A DNA stretch of 64,000 nucleotides, from positions 105,751 through 169,750 of IMG/VR virus record IMGVR_UViG_3300021961_008712, one strand, 5' to 3'. Below the pieces are notes generated by a model. It saw nothing but the letters and a program-made list of their open reading frames with translations, was not told where the DNA came from and ran no database searches. Origin of the DNA: a virus. A program made the translations under genes and the position numbers. This document shows positions 36,610 to 46,394 of the stretch, in pieces. Numbering within the stretch: position 1 is the first letter of the stretch; each line of letters starts with the position of its first letter.

Positions 36610-37902
36610 ATGAATAAAACAAGAATAACAGTCAGTTGTCCAATAGATACATATTCTGGATATGGAGCAAGATCAAGAGACCTAGTTAAAGCTATTCTTG
36701 CTACAGGCAAGTATGATGTTACGATTTTAAGCCAACGTTGGGGTAATACTAGATTTGGATATCTAAAAGACCATAATGAACAAGAATTACAGAGTTTAAT
36801 TATACCAAACCTATCCGCTCAACCTGAAGTATGGATCCAGATTACTGTTCCAAACGAGTTTCAGCCTGTTGGTAAATATAATATTGGTGTAACTGCAGGC
36901 ATAGAAACAACCTTATGTCATCATACATGGATTGAAGGATGTAATAGAATGAATCTAATTTTAACATCTTCTAATCACTCTATGAAGGTATTCCAAGAAG
37001 CTAAGATAGATATTTTAGACCCTAAAACAAATCAGAAAATTAAGGAACTTACATTAGAAAAACCTATTGAAGTATTATTAGAAGGAGTTGATACAACTAA
37101 ATATTTTCCAACTAAAGATTCCTCAACATCTGAAGTTGCTACTGCATTGGGTTCTATTAAAGAACAGTTCTGTTATTTAGCTGTAGGTCATTGGATGCAA
37201 GGAGACTTTGGACACGATAGAAAGAATATCGGCTATACAGTTAAATCGTTCCTAGAATCATTTAAAAATAAACAAGTTAAACCAGCATTAATTCTTAAAA
37301 CTAGCCAGGCTAACTCTTCAATATTAGATAGAGAAAGAATTTTAGACAAGATAGATGCAATTAAAAAAACAGTTAAAGGTACTTTACCTAATGTGTACTT
37401 ACTTCACGGAGAGATATCTGATGAAGATATGAATACTCTCTATAATCATCCTAAAGTAAAAGTGATGGTAAGCCACACTAAAGGTGAAGGGTATGGCAGG
37501 CCTTTAGCTGAATTTGCTGCAGTAGGGAAACCTATCATAGCATCAGGTTGGTCAGGACAAACAGACTTTTTACATAGAGAAGAGAGTATACTAATAGGAG
37601 GTCAATTAGAAAAACTGCACCCATCCTCAGTACAAAAAGATATACTACTAGCAGAGTCTATGTGGTTTACTCCTAGTGATGTAGATGTTAATAAGGCCTA
37701 TAAGCAGACGTATAAACACTATAAAGATTGTATAGCAGGTGCTAGAAAACAGAAAAGAAGAATTCTTGATGGATTTACTTTCGAAAAAATGCAACAAATT
37801 CTTGATGAGATTCTAGATAAAAATATTCCTGAATTTCCTAAAGAGATTAAGTTGACATTACCAAAATTAGATTTACCTAAATTAGAAAAAATAGATGGAT
37901 AA
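36610..37902 (+). CDS. GT4 glycosyltransferase
   Basis: YSGYG, DRKN and KGEGYGRPLAEF..GKPIIASGWSG. Confidence 0.88.
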   Translation: MNKTRITVSCPIDTYSGYGARSRDLVKAILATGKYDVTILSQRWGNTRFGYLKDHNEQELQSLIIPNLSAQPEVWIQITVPNEFQPVGKYNIGVTAGIETTLCHHTWIEGCNRMNLILTSSNHSMKVFQEAKIDILDPKTNQKIKELTLEKPIEVLLEGVDTTKYFPTKDSSTSEVATALGSIKEQFCYLAVGHWMQGDFGHDRKNIGYTVKSFLESFKNKQVKPALILKTSQANSSILDRERILDKIDAIKKTVKGTLPNVYLLHGEISDEDMNTLYNHPKVKVMVSHTKGEGYGRPLAEFAAVGKPIIASGWSGQTDFLHREESILIGGQLEKLHPSSVQKDILLAESMWFTPSDVDVNKAYKQTYKHYKDCIAGARKQKRRILDGFTFEKMQQILDEILDKNIPEFPKEIKLTLPKLDLPKLEKIDG

Positions 37903-38344
37903 ATTAGTTGACTGTACTAGATGTGGCGGCAATGCTTGCTATGAACAGGTTATTAATGAAGAAGTAACTACATGGATGTGTATGGGATGTGGATTTACCA
38001 CTTCTACAATACTTACAGAAGGAAGTGCCTTACATAATAACTTAATAGAAACCGCTCCAGAATTATATAAAGACCTATTAGTTGTAGATAAGAATAATAG
38101 AGTTTGGGCCCCTTCTACTATCACTATTCCAAAAAAAGGAATGGTATTTGCTGATGGTACCGAAAAAAGAAACTGGACTTGGACTGCTGTAAAAGCTGTA
38201 AAATTAACCAAAGAAGAGATTGATTCTAAAAAATACCCAGAAGGTAATGAATGGAGAATGGATATGCAAAATAAAAAATCCTTTAACTCTAATGACTTTA
38301 TGGACGCTATGGATCATATTGGATTCTTTCAAGTAGAGCTATGA
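37895..38344 (+). CDS. Zinc-finger hypothetical protein
   Basis: CTRCGG..C...CMGCG. Confidence 0.7.
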   Translation: MDKLVDCTRCGGNACYEQVINEEVTTWMCMGCGFTTSTILTEGSALHNNLIETAPELYKDLLVVDKNNRVWAPSTITIPKKGMVFADGTEKRNWTWTAVKAVKLTKEEIDSKKYPEGNEWRMDMQNKKSFNSNDFMDAMDHIGFFQVEL

Positions 38345-38964
38345 AAATAAGTTATGCAATAACTGTTTGTAATGAAAAGAAGGAAGTAAAGCGATTGGTG
38401 GACTTTCTTTTATTCTATAAACGTCCAATAGACGAAATAGTTGTATTGTATGACCAGAAAAACGGAGATGATGCAGTCATCAGAATGCTCACTAAGATGA
38501 ATAAGCTGCCTAACTTCCAAGTATGGAGAGGATTTTTTGATAATGACTTTGCTGCTTGGAAGAATAAGCTTAAAGATTACTGCAAAGGAGATTACATATT
38601 TCAGATAGATGCTGATGAAATACCTAACAAAGCTCTTATTAAAAATCTTCCTACTATATTGACATCAAACCCAGATAATGAAGTATACTTAGTACCTAGA
38701 GTAAATACAGTCAAAGGTCTAACACAAGAACATGTTGATCGATGGAGATGGAACGTAAGCGATAAAGGTTGGATAAATTGGCCAGACTATCAGTGGCGCA
38801 TTTGGAAAAATAAATCTGAGATAATTTGGAAGAATAGGGTACATGAAAAACTTGATGGTTTTAAAACATACTCCCTTTTTCCTGCTCAAGAAGAGTTAGC
38901 TTTATATCATCCAAAAGATATAGAACGTCAAGAAAAACAGAACGCTTATTACGATACATTATGA
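38341..38964 (+). CDS. GT2 glycosyltransferase
   Basis: ISYAITVCNE, IFQIDADE, WPDYQ.R and VHE. Confidence 0.88.
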   Translation: MKISYAITVCNEKKEVKRLVDFLLFYKRPIDEIVVLYDQKNGDDAVIRMLTKMNKLPNFQVWRGFFDNDFAAWKNKLKDYCKGDYIFQIDADEIPNKALIKNLPTILTSNPDNEVYLVPRVNTVKGLTQEHVDRWRWNVSDKGWINWPDYQWRIWKNKSEIIWKNRVHEKLDGFKTYSLFPAQEELALYHPKDIERQEKQNAYYDTL

Positions 38965-39119
38965 TTAAAATAGATGTTAAAATCGGCGATACTATTATGA
39001 CTGGTCGATTTAAAAATAAAAGAGTAAAAGTTAAAACTATTGAATACGATGAATTTGGTATGCCTATTATAAATGGTAGACCTGCATGTACTTTTAGATT
39101 AGTTCCAAACCCAAGATAG
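38961..39119 (+). CDS. 52-aa hypothetical protein, not in ORF track
   Basis: MIKIDVKIGDTIMTGRFKNKRVKVK...; ATGA overlap, fills the gap. Confidence 0.7.
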   Translation: MIKIDVKIGDTIMTGRFKNKRVKVKTIEYDEFGMPIINGRPACTFRLVPNPR

Positions 39120-39133
39120 CCATATTTATTATT

Positions 39134-39724
39134 ATGGAATATAAAGAAGCACTATCATTAGCAGACGGAGTAAAAGGTTCCTTGATCGAATTAGGATTCG
39201 GTAAAGGTAACAGCTTGAAAGAGTTCATAGGATATATGAATAATTTAGATATTAGTAAACGTAATATTTGGATATATGAATCTTTCGATGGATATAATAC
39301 TCCAACTGTAGAAGACAAGGGTGCATTTAAAAAAGGAGAATTTAAAAGACCTCCTCATCCTGCTTACGATATTCAGCATACAATCAATACAGAAGTAAAA
39401 CTAGTAAAAGGGTATATAGAAGAAACACTTCCAAAGAATTACGATAAAAGTCAAGTAGCTATTATACATTCACATTTGATTAGTTACTCAAGTACTTTGC
39501 ATGGATTAAATAGTTTCTCTAAGTACTTGATTCCTGGCGGCATTATTGTAGTTACTGACTATGAAGCTTTTCCTGGGACTAAACAAGCAGTTGATGAATT
39601 TATTGCCCAACATAACCCTCACTATAGATTAGTAGAAGCTAATAGTAATTTTGCACTAATTAAAAGGGTACCTGTTAAAGATTTTAAAACTAAAGTACAA
39701 AGATCGAGATCGTCTATGACTTAG
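39134..39724 (+). CDS. TylF/MycF-like O-methyltransferase (degenerate motifs)
   Basis: IELGFGKG, ESFDG, LVKG.IEETL and PGGIIVV.DY..FPG.KQAVDEF. The usual DxD reads HSH. Confidence 0.75.
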   Translation: MEYKEALSLADGVKGSLIELGFGKGNSLKEFIGYMNNLDISKRNIWIYESFDGYNTPTVEDKGAFKKGEFKRPPHPAYDIQHTINTEVKLVKGYIEETLPKNYDKSQVAIIHSHLISYSSTLHGLNSFSKYLIPGGIIVVTDYEAFPGTKQAVDEFIAQHNPHYRLVEANSNFALIKRVPVKDFKTKVQRSRSSMT

Positions 39725-39758
39725 TTGGTTATGACATAAATTTTTCGTATATTGTAAT

Positions 39759-40061
39759 ATGGTTATATATGTAGACATCGATGAAACTATTGCTGATTAT
39801 TTACCAGATCAGGATAGAAGAGCTTATGATAAAGCTACACCAATTCATATCAATATAGACAAGATAAACAAGCTCTATGACGAAGGTCATGAGATCACTT
39901 ACTGGACTGCAAGAGGTACTCTTTCCGGAATAGACTGGTATGATGTTACTAAAAAGCAGCTTGATGAGTGGGGATGTAAATATCATAATTTGATCACAGG
40001 TCAAAAGCCTGCATACGATTTATTAATTTGTGATAAAAGTAAACGAATAGAAGAGCTATAA
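39759..40061 (+). CDS. HAD-family phosphatase (capsule biosynthesis type)
   Basis: VDIDETI, WTARG and KP.YD..I.DK. Confidence 0.82.
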   Translation: MVIYVDIDETIADYLPDQDRRAYDKATPIHINIDKINKLYDEGHEITYWTARGTLSGIDWYDVTKKQLDEWGCKYHNLITGQKPAYDLLICDKSKRIEEL

Positions 40062-40378
40062 TGAGTCAGATTTATATTACTAAAAAGAAAAGATTTGATT
40101 CTTTAGCTGAGGGTCATATTAAGAATATAGATATACAGTACGTAACTAAAGGAGTAGAAGTAGTTGAAGTATATACAAAAGATCAAGTAGAGTTAGTACA
40201 GGAATACGATGAAGAGAAGGACTATGCTCTATATAAACCGATTGCTCCAGGACGAAAAGTTATCCTACGACCATATGAAATTTTAGTTCTATACCCAGAA
40301 GATTTACACATCCCAGGTTTAGCTCTAGACGAAGAAGAAGAAGTAGAAAAAGTAGTTATTAAAATACCATACAAATGA
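40061..40378 (+). CDS. YhcH/YjgK/YiaL (NanQ-like) cupin
   Basis: H...IDIQY...G.E, YD.EKD, PEDLHIP and KVVIKI. Confidence 0.75.
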   Translation: MSQIYITKKKRFDSLAEGHIKNIDIQYVTKGVEVVEVYTKDQVELVQEYDEEKDYALYKPIAPGRKVILRPYEILVLYPEDLHIPGLALDEEEEVEKVVIKIPYK

Positions 40379-41226
40379 AAAGAACCTACATTATAGGCGA
40401 GATTGGAATTAATCATCAAGGAGATATTAATATAGCAAAGAGGCTTATTGATATTGCCGCAGCATCTGGATGTGATGCTGTAAAATTTCAGAAAAGGAAC
40501 CCGGACGTTTGTGTGCCAGAGGCACAAAAGAACAAACCGAGAAGCTGGCAAGGAGTGGATATGACATATCTTGAGTACAAATACAAAGTCGAATTCGGCA
40601 AGGAAGAGTATGATGAGATTGATCGTTACTGCAAGCAACAAGGCATTGCCTGGTCAGCTTCTCCCTGGGATCTTGATTCTGTAGACTTTCTAGAACAGTA
40701 CAACTTACCATTCATCAAAATTCCCTCAGCTTCCTTAACCGACGATGCACTACTAACTGCATGTGTTAAAAGGTTTCCTAGAGTAATTTTCTCTACAGGT
40801 ATGTCGACTGAGGAGGAAATTGATCATGCAGTAGACACATTGAGAAAAGCTAAGTTCTACTTTAAAAAGACAGAACCAATAGGGCTACTTCATTGTAATT
40901 CTACTTACCCTGCCCCTATAAATGAATTGAATCTATCTGCTATTAAAACACTAGCTGATAAGTATCCTGATTTTGAAATAGGATACTCAGGTCATGAGTT
41001 TAGGTTAGGTACTTCCGTTGCTGCAGTTTACTTAGGAGCTTCAATTATAGAAAGACATATCACTTTAGATAGAACAATGGAAGGCTCAGATCACATGGCA
41101 TCTGTTGAACCTCAAGGATTATTTAAACTTGTATCTGGTATTAGAGAACTAGAACAAGCTTATGGTGATGGTATAATTAAAGTAACTGAATCAGAAAAAC
41201 CTGTAAGGGAAAAACTTAGAGGATAA
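40375..41226 (+). CDS. neuB: Nonulosonic acid (NeuB-family) synthase
   Basis: EIGINHQG, AVKFQKR, KIPSA, STGMS, LHCNSTYP, GYSGHE and IERHITLD. No C-terminal SAF domain. Confidence 0.93.
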   Translation: MKRTYIIGEIGINHQGDINIAKRLIDIAAASGCDAVKFQKRNPDVCVPEAQKNKPRSWQGVDMTYLEYKYKVEFGKEEYDEIDRYCKQQGIAWSASPWDLDSVDFLEQYNLPFIKIPSASLTDDALLTACVKRFPRVIFSTGMSTEEEIDHAVDTLRKAKFYFKKTEPIGLLHCNSTYPAPINELNLSAIKTLADKYPDFEIGYSGHEFRLGTSVAAVYLGASIIERHITLDRTMEGSDHMASVEPQGLFKLVSGIRELEQAYGDGIIKVTESEKPVREKLRG

Positions 41227-42311
41227 TGAATATTCTACATTTAGGAGTATTTGACAGGAACATTGGAGATAATATTGCTCTAGCTCATGTAGAATACTCT
41301 TTAAATAAGTACATAGGAGAGGTAGGAGTATATAAAGTTAATTTAGAATCATTCTGGAGACATGATAACTCTTTAGAATATACTAGAAGCGTCTATAACC
41401 AGTTTGTAGGTAAGATAGATGCTATACTAGTTGGAGGCGGAGGCCTGATAGAATACAGTGGTTATGAAAATAAGAAGAGCGGTTGGAAGTTGCCTTTTTG
41501 GCATGAGACTTTAAAGTTTATAAAAGTACCTATATACTACTATGGCTTGGGAGTCAATACCTTTAGAGGAGGAGAGGAATACTCTGAAGAGGCAAAAAAA
41601 GCATTAACAGACACTATAAATCATGCCACAGCTTTCTCAGTAAGAAACGATGGATCATATGAAAAGTTAGCTAACTGGATTAAACTAGATAAAAAAACTC
41701 TTTCTAAAGTTGAAGTCGTACCAGACCCAGGACTACTACATTTAGATGGATTTGGAATAGAAAGAAAGCAAACAGTTACTAACTTAGGCTTTCAACCAGC
41801 GATAAATGTTAACTCTGGTATTAATATACATCGTTTTGGAGAGAATGGATTATCTCAACTAATAAAGAGGTTTGAGAATACTCCTTCTTATCCTCATACT
41901 GCTAATGATTTTCTATTTGGTAAACCAGTAGTGCAGAGGTATGAATTTTTAAGACATTATAAATACTTTGACAAGTTTCATGAATTTTTATATCAATATC
42001 CTAAATCAGATTACGTAGTCTCTATGAGAGGTCACGGACAGATGATAACTATGGGAATGAACATACCTGGGATTTATTTGAGTTCACAAGATAAAGTTAG
42101 AGACTTCTCCTTACTTAATGGTTTTAAAGACTATGATGTAGATATGAGAGAGGAACATTGGCCTGAAATCCTTGAGGAATGTATTGCTAAAATGACAGAA
42201 CCTAATTCTAAATACCTAGAAAATTGGTACGATATTAGAGATGAATTTATTAATGATTGTCATAAAATAGATGAAAATTGGATTAAAAAACATTTTGATT
42301 CTATTGGATAA
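41226..42311 (+). CDS. Polysaccharide pyruvyl transferase family protein
   Basis: NIGD, VGGGGL, SVRN..S, VPDP and MRGH. Confidence 0.82.
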   Translation: MNILHLGVFDRNIGDNIALAHVEYSLNKYIGEVGVYKVNLESFWRHDNSLEYTRSVYNQFVGKIDAILVGGGGLIEYSGYENKKSGWKLPFWHETLKFIKVPIYYYGLGVNTFRGGEEYSEEAKKALTDTINHATAFSVRNDGSYEKLANWIKLDKKTLSKVEVVPDPGLLHLDGFGIERKQTVTNLGFQPAINVNSGINIHRFGENGLSQLIKRFENTPSYPHTANDFLFGKPVVQRYEFLRHYKYFDKFHEFLYQYPKSDYVVSMRGHGQMITMGMNIPGIYLSSQDKVRDFSLLNGFKDYDVDMREEHWPEILEECIAKMTEPNSKYLENWYDIRDEFINDCHKIDENWIKKHFDSIG

Positions 42312-42330
42312 TTTACTATATTAAGATAAT

Positions 42331-43035
42331 ATGAACTTTCAAAAAAAATATACAGACAGAGACATTTTAATCATCGGAGGTGGAACATCTACGTTAGATA
42401 GAAAATGGGAAAATATAATTGACGATAAGACTTTTATATGGACCTGTAATGATTTCTATTTGAATGATAGAGTATGTAAGCAGAACATTGACTTATATCA
42501 GCTTGCCTATACTACTGAGTTAGATAATCCAAAACTAATTAAAAAGTTAAAAGATAATAAACCGTTTGTATACTATGAGTTTGATCACTATAGACAAAAA
42601 TACAAAGAACCGGAATTCAAACAATTTGAATCAAATATTGGTTTTGGCGTACCAGGAATGAATATAGATATGGGAGAATGGTTTTATCGACCTGCACAGA
42701 AATCAGGAGCGGTTCTTAGATTAATTTTACTAGCACAAGTTACTAATGCTAAAAATATCTATTTTGTAGGCTATGACGGGTTTAATAAAAGTTTTTCTAA
42801 TAAGCATGCTTTTACTGGGCATGTAGGTCTGAAAGATACAGATCATAGAAGAGATTACGATGGTAATGAATTATCATATGTTAATGTTTTTGAAGATGCT
42901 TACAAACTATTAGCACATAATAAAGCATGTAAGAAATTACAAAACTTAGGAGAGGGATTAGATTATAATTTAGGTACAAGAATAAGTCAGCAATATTTTC
43001 CATTAAGACCAGAAGTATATGAAGCCATTAGATAG
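42331..43035 (+). CDS. Sialyltransferase/Maf-like glycosyltransferase
   Basis: IIGGGTS, CN, SG......A and IYFVGYD. Confidence 0.65.
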   Translation: MNFQKKYTDRDILIIGGGTSTLDRKWENIIDDKTFIWTCNDFYLNDRVCKQNIDLYQLAYTTELDNPKLIKKLKDNKPFVYYEFDHYRQKYKEPEFKQFESNIGFGVPGMNIDMGEWFYRPAQKSGAVLRLILLAQVTNAKNIYFVGYDGFNKSFSNKHAFTGHVGLKDTDHRRDYDGNELSYVNVFEDAYKLLAHNKACKKLQNLGEGLDYNLGTRISQQYFPLRPEVYEAIR

Positions 43036-43708
43036 CATAGCAATTATAGTACAATCAAGACTTAACAGTCAAAGAGTACCTCAGAAGATGATTAGACCTT
43101 TTGCAGGTACTACTTTATTTGATTTAGTTTTGTCAAAAGTTAAACAAGCTCTTCCTAGTAAACAAGAGCATATATGGGCTTCTGTTTATGAACCTGAGTT
43201 AGTAGATATTGCTAAAAGACAAGGAGTAAATGTATTTGGTAGAAGCAGGGCATCAGCCAACAACGATAATTCTCTACAGATGATTTACGAATGGCATGAT
43301 AAACTTCCTAGTGAATACAAATATGTAATGCTCGTTTCAGGATGTAACCCTCTTCTTAAACCAGAAACAATTAGAGATTTTTATAATAAGTTTAATGCTC
43401 AAGAGGAAGAGAACTTATTTGCAGTAATAGAAAAGAAACAATACTATTGGAATAAAGAAGGTGCTTTAGTTACTCCATGGCCAGAAGATCAGACGATTAT
43501 GAACACTAAAGCAGTAGAGCCAACATATGAAGCAGCTCATGTACTCTATGCATCTAGATTAGATATTATTAAGGATAATAGATTTATGGGTGACTTTCAA
43601 GCACCAGGTGGAATAAAGTTATTTACTATGCCAGAATTAGAAGCTTTTGATATTGACTATGAATGGCAATTTACAGTTGGAGAAAAACTATTTAAAGAGG
43701 GATTATGA
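43019..43708 (+). CDS. neuA: CMP-nonulosonate synthetase (cytidylyltransferase)
   Basis: Q.RLNSQRVPQK.IRPF.G, CNPLL and DIDYEWQF. Confidence 0.85.
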   Translation: MKPLDSIAIIVQSRLNSQRVPQKMIRPFAGTTLFDLVLSKVKQALPSKQEHIWASVYEPELVDIAKRQGVNVFGRSRASANNDNSLQMIYEWHDKLPSEYKYVMLVSGCNPLLKPETIRDFYNKFNAQEEENLFAVIEKKQYYWNKEGALVTPWPEDQTIMNTKAVEPTYEAAHVLYASRLDIIKDNRFMGDFQAPGGIKLFTMPELEAFDIDYEWQFTVGEKLFKEGL

Positions 43709-44166
43709 TTTATTGGTTTACAGGACAACCGGGAGCAGGTAAAAGCGTTTTAGCTAAGATGTTACATAAAATTAAACCTGATGCCTTTATGATAGATGGA
43801 GATGATATGAGAGCATTATTCTCTAATAAAGACTATTCTATTAAAGGAAGAGTAGAAAATGTCAGCACAGCTCAACGAATTGCACACTACCTTAATAATC
43901 AAGGTAAAGATGTAATTGTAGCGCTAGTTGCTCCTTACATAGATCAAAGAGAAGATTTCAAGATTCTAATGAATGATGAAATTATAGAAATATATGTACA
44001 TACTTCTGAAGCTAGAGAAAGAGACCATTTTAAAGCTATTGCATATATAGCTCCAGAAGGAAATTATATCGACATTGATACAACAGTCGATGAACCTGAA
44101 GAGAGTTTTAATAAATTATTATCCTTAATAGCAGCAAGATGGAAAAAAAGAATACCTACTTCGTAG
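43705..44166 (+). CDS. cysC: Adenylylsulfate kinase
   Basis: WFTGQPGAGKS, IDGD.MR, YS..GR..N and VAPY...RE. Confidence 0.9.
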   Translation: MIYWFTGQPGAGKSVLAKMLHKIKPDAFMIDGDDMRALFSNKDYSIKGRVENVSTAQRIAHYLNNQGKDVIVALVAPYIDQREDFKILMNDEIIEIYVHTSEARERDHFKAIAYIAPEGNYIDIDTTVDEPEESFNKLLSLIAARWKKRIPTS

Positions 44167-44522
44167 ATATAGATGGCACTATATTCTTCTACAGACAGTT
44201 TGATACATATCTAACTTCTGATGCTCAAGTTATCAAGAAGTCTAAATTATTTTTACAACAAGTAAGAGATGAAGGGCACACAATTGTACTAACAACAGCA
44301 CGGCCAAACGATTTAAGAATACACACAGAATACGAATTACAAATAAATAATATTCCGTACGACCATTTAGTAATGGGAATCGGAAGAGGAACCCGCTACT
44401 TAATTAACGACATAGACCCAAATACACCTAACCTAAAGAGAGCAATTGGAGTTAATATACTCAGAGACTCAGGCATAGCTCCAATCTCTCTCAAAGAACA
44501 CTATTATGAAGAAGAAATTTAG
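44139..44522 (+). CDS. HAD-family hydrolase
   Basis: VDIDGTI, LTTAR and RYLIND. Confidence 0.8.
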   Translation: MEKKNTYFVDIDGTIFFYRQFDTYLTSDAQVIKKSKLFLQQVRDEGHTIVLTTARPNDLRIHTEYELQINNIPYDHLVMGIGRGTRYLINDIDPNTPNLKRAIGVNILRDSGIAPISLKEHYYEEEI

Positions 44523-44862
44523 CCTTTATATCGGTAGATGGCAACCCTGGCATCCAGGACATAGATGGTTGATAGACCAAAGACTCAAAGAAGGAAAAAA
44601 TGTATGGATTGCAATTAGGGATGTTGAACCAAGTGAGAACCAACCATGGACTGCTCATGAAGTACTGATGAATTTAGAAAAAGAACTTATTGACCTAATT
44701 CAAGAAGGTAAAATATTTATTAGCATAGTACCTGATATAGAATCGGTTAACTATGGAAGAGGAGTAGGTTATGAAGTTATCGAACACATTCCTCCAGATA
44801 ATATTAAAGAAATCTCTGCCACTAAAATTAGAGAGCAGATGAGAAATGATGGAAAATTATGA
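44506..44862 (+). CDS. HxGH nucleotidyltransferase (cytidyltransferase-like)
   Basis: IGRWQPWHPGH, YGRGVGY and ISATKIR. Confidence 0.82.
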   Translation: MKKKFSLYIGRWQPWHPGHRWLIDQRLKEGKNVWIAIRDVEPSENQPWTAHEVLMNLEKELIDLIQEGKIFISIVPDIESVNYGRGVGYEVIEHIPPDNIKEISATKIREQMRNDGKL

Positions 44863-45413
44863 AAACATTAATTCTTGCTTTACCTAGAACTGGTTCTACT
44901 TCCTTGTTTAAGCAAATGGTCCACGAGACTAAGGCTTTAGGTATATTTAACCCTTATCAGAATAGTAATGATATTCAAACGGAAATTCCTTGGGATACTA
45001 ATATGCCGTTAATTGTAAAGCAGAATATTATTTACCCTCCTGAATTGGATATTAATGAGAAAGTAAAATTTTATATTGAATTTGCTTCCAAGTTTGACAA
45101 AGTAAGATATCTTTATAGAGAAGATATAGTAGCTCATGCAGAGAGTTTTGCATGGATGAACCAAGGCAACGAATACCATAGGTTCATGTCCGATAGGGAA
45201 GGCTTTACATCCGATGAAAAGTATATAATAAAGCGAGAGCAAATTTCTGAAGAACAAATGAATTGGGCTATAGGCCAGATCTATGCTAATGACTTAGTTT
45301 TAAGAAGGGTATGTGCTAATCTAGGAGGTAAGTTAGAAGCATATGAAGATTTATTTGACATTTGGGGCCCTGGTAGATATAGACAACTAAAAGAAGAGAG
45401 TAGATTAATTTAA
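44859..45413 (+). CDS. Sulfotransferase-like P-loop protein
   Basis: LALPRTGSTSL, FNP, R....ES and YEDLF. Confidence 0.65.
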   Translation: MKTLILALPRTGSTSLFKQMVHETKALGIFNPYQNSNDIQTEIPWDTNMPLIVKQNIIYPPELDINEKVKFYIEFASKFDKVRYLYREDIVAHAESFAWMNQGNEYHRFMSDREGFTSDEKYIIKREQISEEQMNWAIGQIYANDLVLRRVCANLGGKLEAYEDLFDIWGPGRYRQLKEESRLI

Positions 45414-45640
45414 TGGTTTCAGTTAAACGACACATACTTAAAACTATTACTTGGAGAATTATCGGTACAATAGATACGATGATTCTTTCCTGGATTATTA
45501 CAGGTTCACTTAAAATTGGAATGGCAATAGGAGGAGTAGAAGTAATAACAAAAATGGTTTTATATTATTTCCATGAAAGAGCATGGTACAGATTTAGCAG
45601 TTATGGAGTTGAAAAAAATAATACAGAAAACTCAAGATAG
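45413..45640 (+). CDS. DUF2061 membrane protein
   Basis: RH.LKTITWR..GT.DT and K..LYYFHERAW. Confidence 0.85.
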   Translation: MVSVKRHILKTITWRIIGTIDTMILSWIITGSLKIGMAIGGVEVITKMVLYYFHERAWYRFSSYGVEKNNTENSR

Positions 45641-46394
45641 TTACGAGAGAATAAACTTACTCAAAGATGTATTTAAAGGTGAGACTGTTTATATAGTTAC
45701 CCCTGGTCCTTCTCTCACTACTTTAGATAGAAATAAGTTAGTTGAAAAACTTAAAGGTAAACCTGTCTTGGCTTGTAAACAAGCCTATGATTATGTTAAA
45801 GAAGTAGCTACATTTCATTTAATGTCCTGCTACTCTTATCAACCATACGAATACTATTCAGATGATACGATTGTACATTGGCAGCTGACAGCAATGAATA
45901 TGCCTCACGAAATCAATCGAATTAATAATGAGTGGAAATCTCCTGCTGATATACTAATACCTTGTTATTCTACTCCTTGGGTAGATATGTACAATACTAC
46001 AGCATATAGTAGAAGATTTTCTCAGTTTGAAACTTACTCAACAGGAAAAATAATATGGGGTCCAGGTATAATGTATGAGTCTGGTTTTCCGCTAGCTATG
46101 CATCTAGGAGCTAAAGAAATAGTAACGATTGGTTGGGATATAGGAGATTTGTCTAAATTTGAAAATAACCCTAGACATAAGTTAGGAGATGATTTATGGA
46201 TCAAAGAACATGCTCAAAGTCTATATAAAACCCATGCCGGATCAGGACCCGATTATGAAGAATTGAAAGAGACTATAGACTCTACAAAAGAAATGTATGA
46301 TTACTTCTTGGAAAAACAAATTAAAGTTCGTATATTATCTAATACAAGCCCAGCAGATAGCAGATTTGAACGTGTTACTTTAGATGAATTATAA
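45603..46394 (+). CDS. Maf/sialyltransferase-like glycosyltransferase
   Basis: LKD.FKGE..YIV..GPSL and A.HLGAKEIVTIGWD. Confidence 0.7.
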   Translation: MELKKIIQKTQDSYERINLLKDVFKGETVYIVTPGPSLTTLDRNKLVEKLKGKPVLACKQAYDYVKEVATFHLMSCYSYQPYEYYSDDTIVHWQLTAMNMPHEINRINNEWKSPADILIPCYSTPWVDMYNTTAYSRRFSQFETYSTGKIIWGPGIMYESGFPLAMHLGAKEIVTIGWDIGDLSKFENNPRHKLGDDLWIKEHAQSLYKTHAGSGPDYEELKETIDSTKEMYDYFLEKQIKVRILSNTSPADSRFERVTLDEL

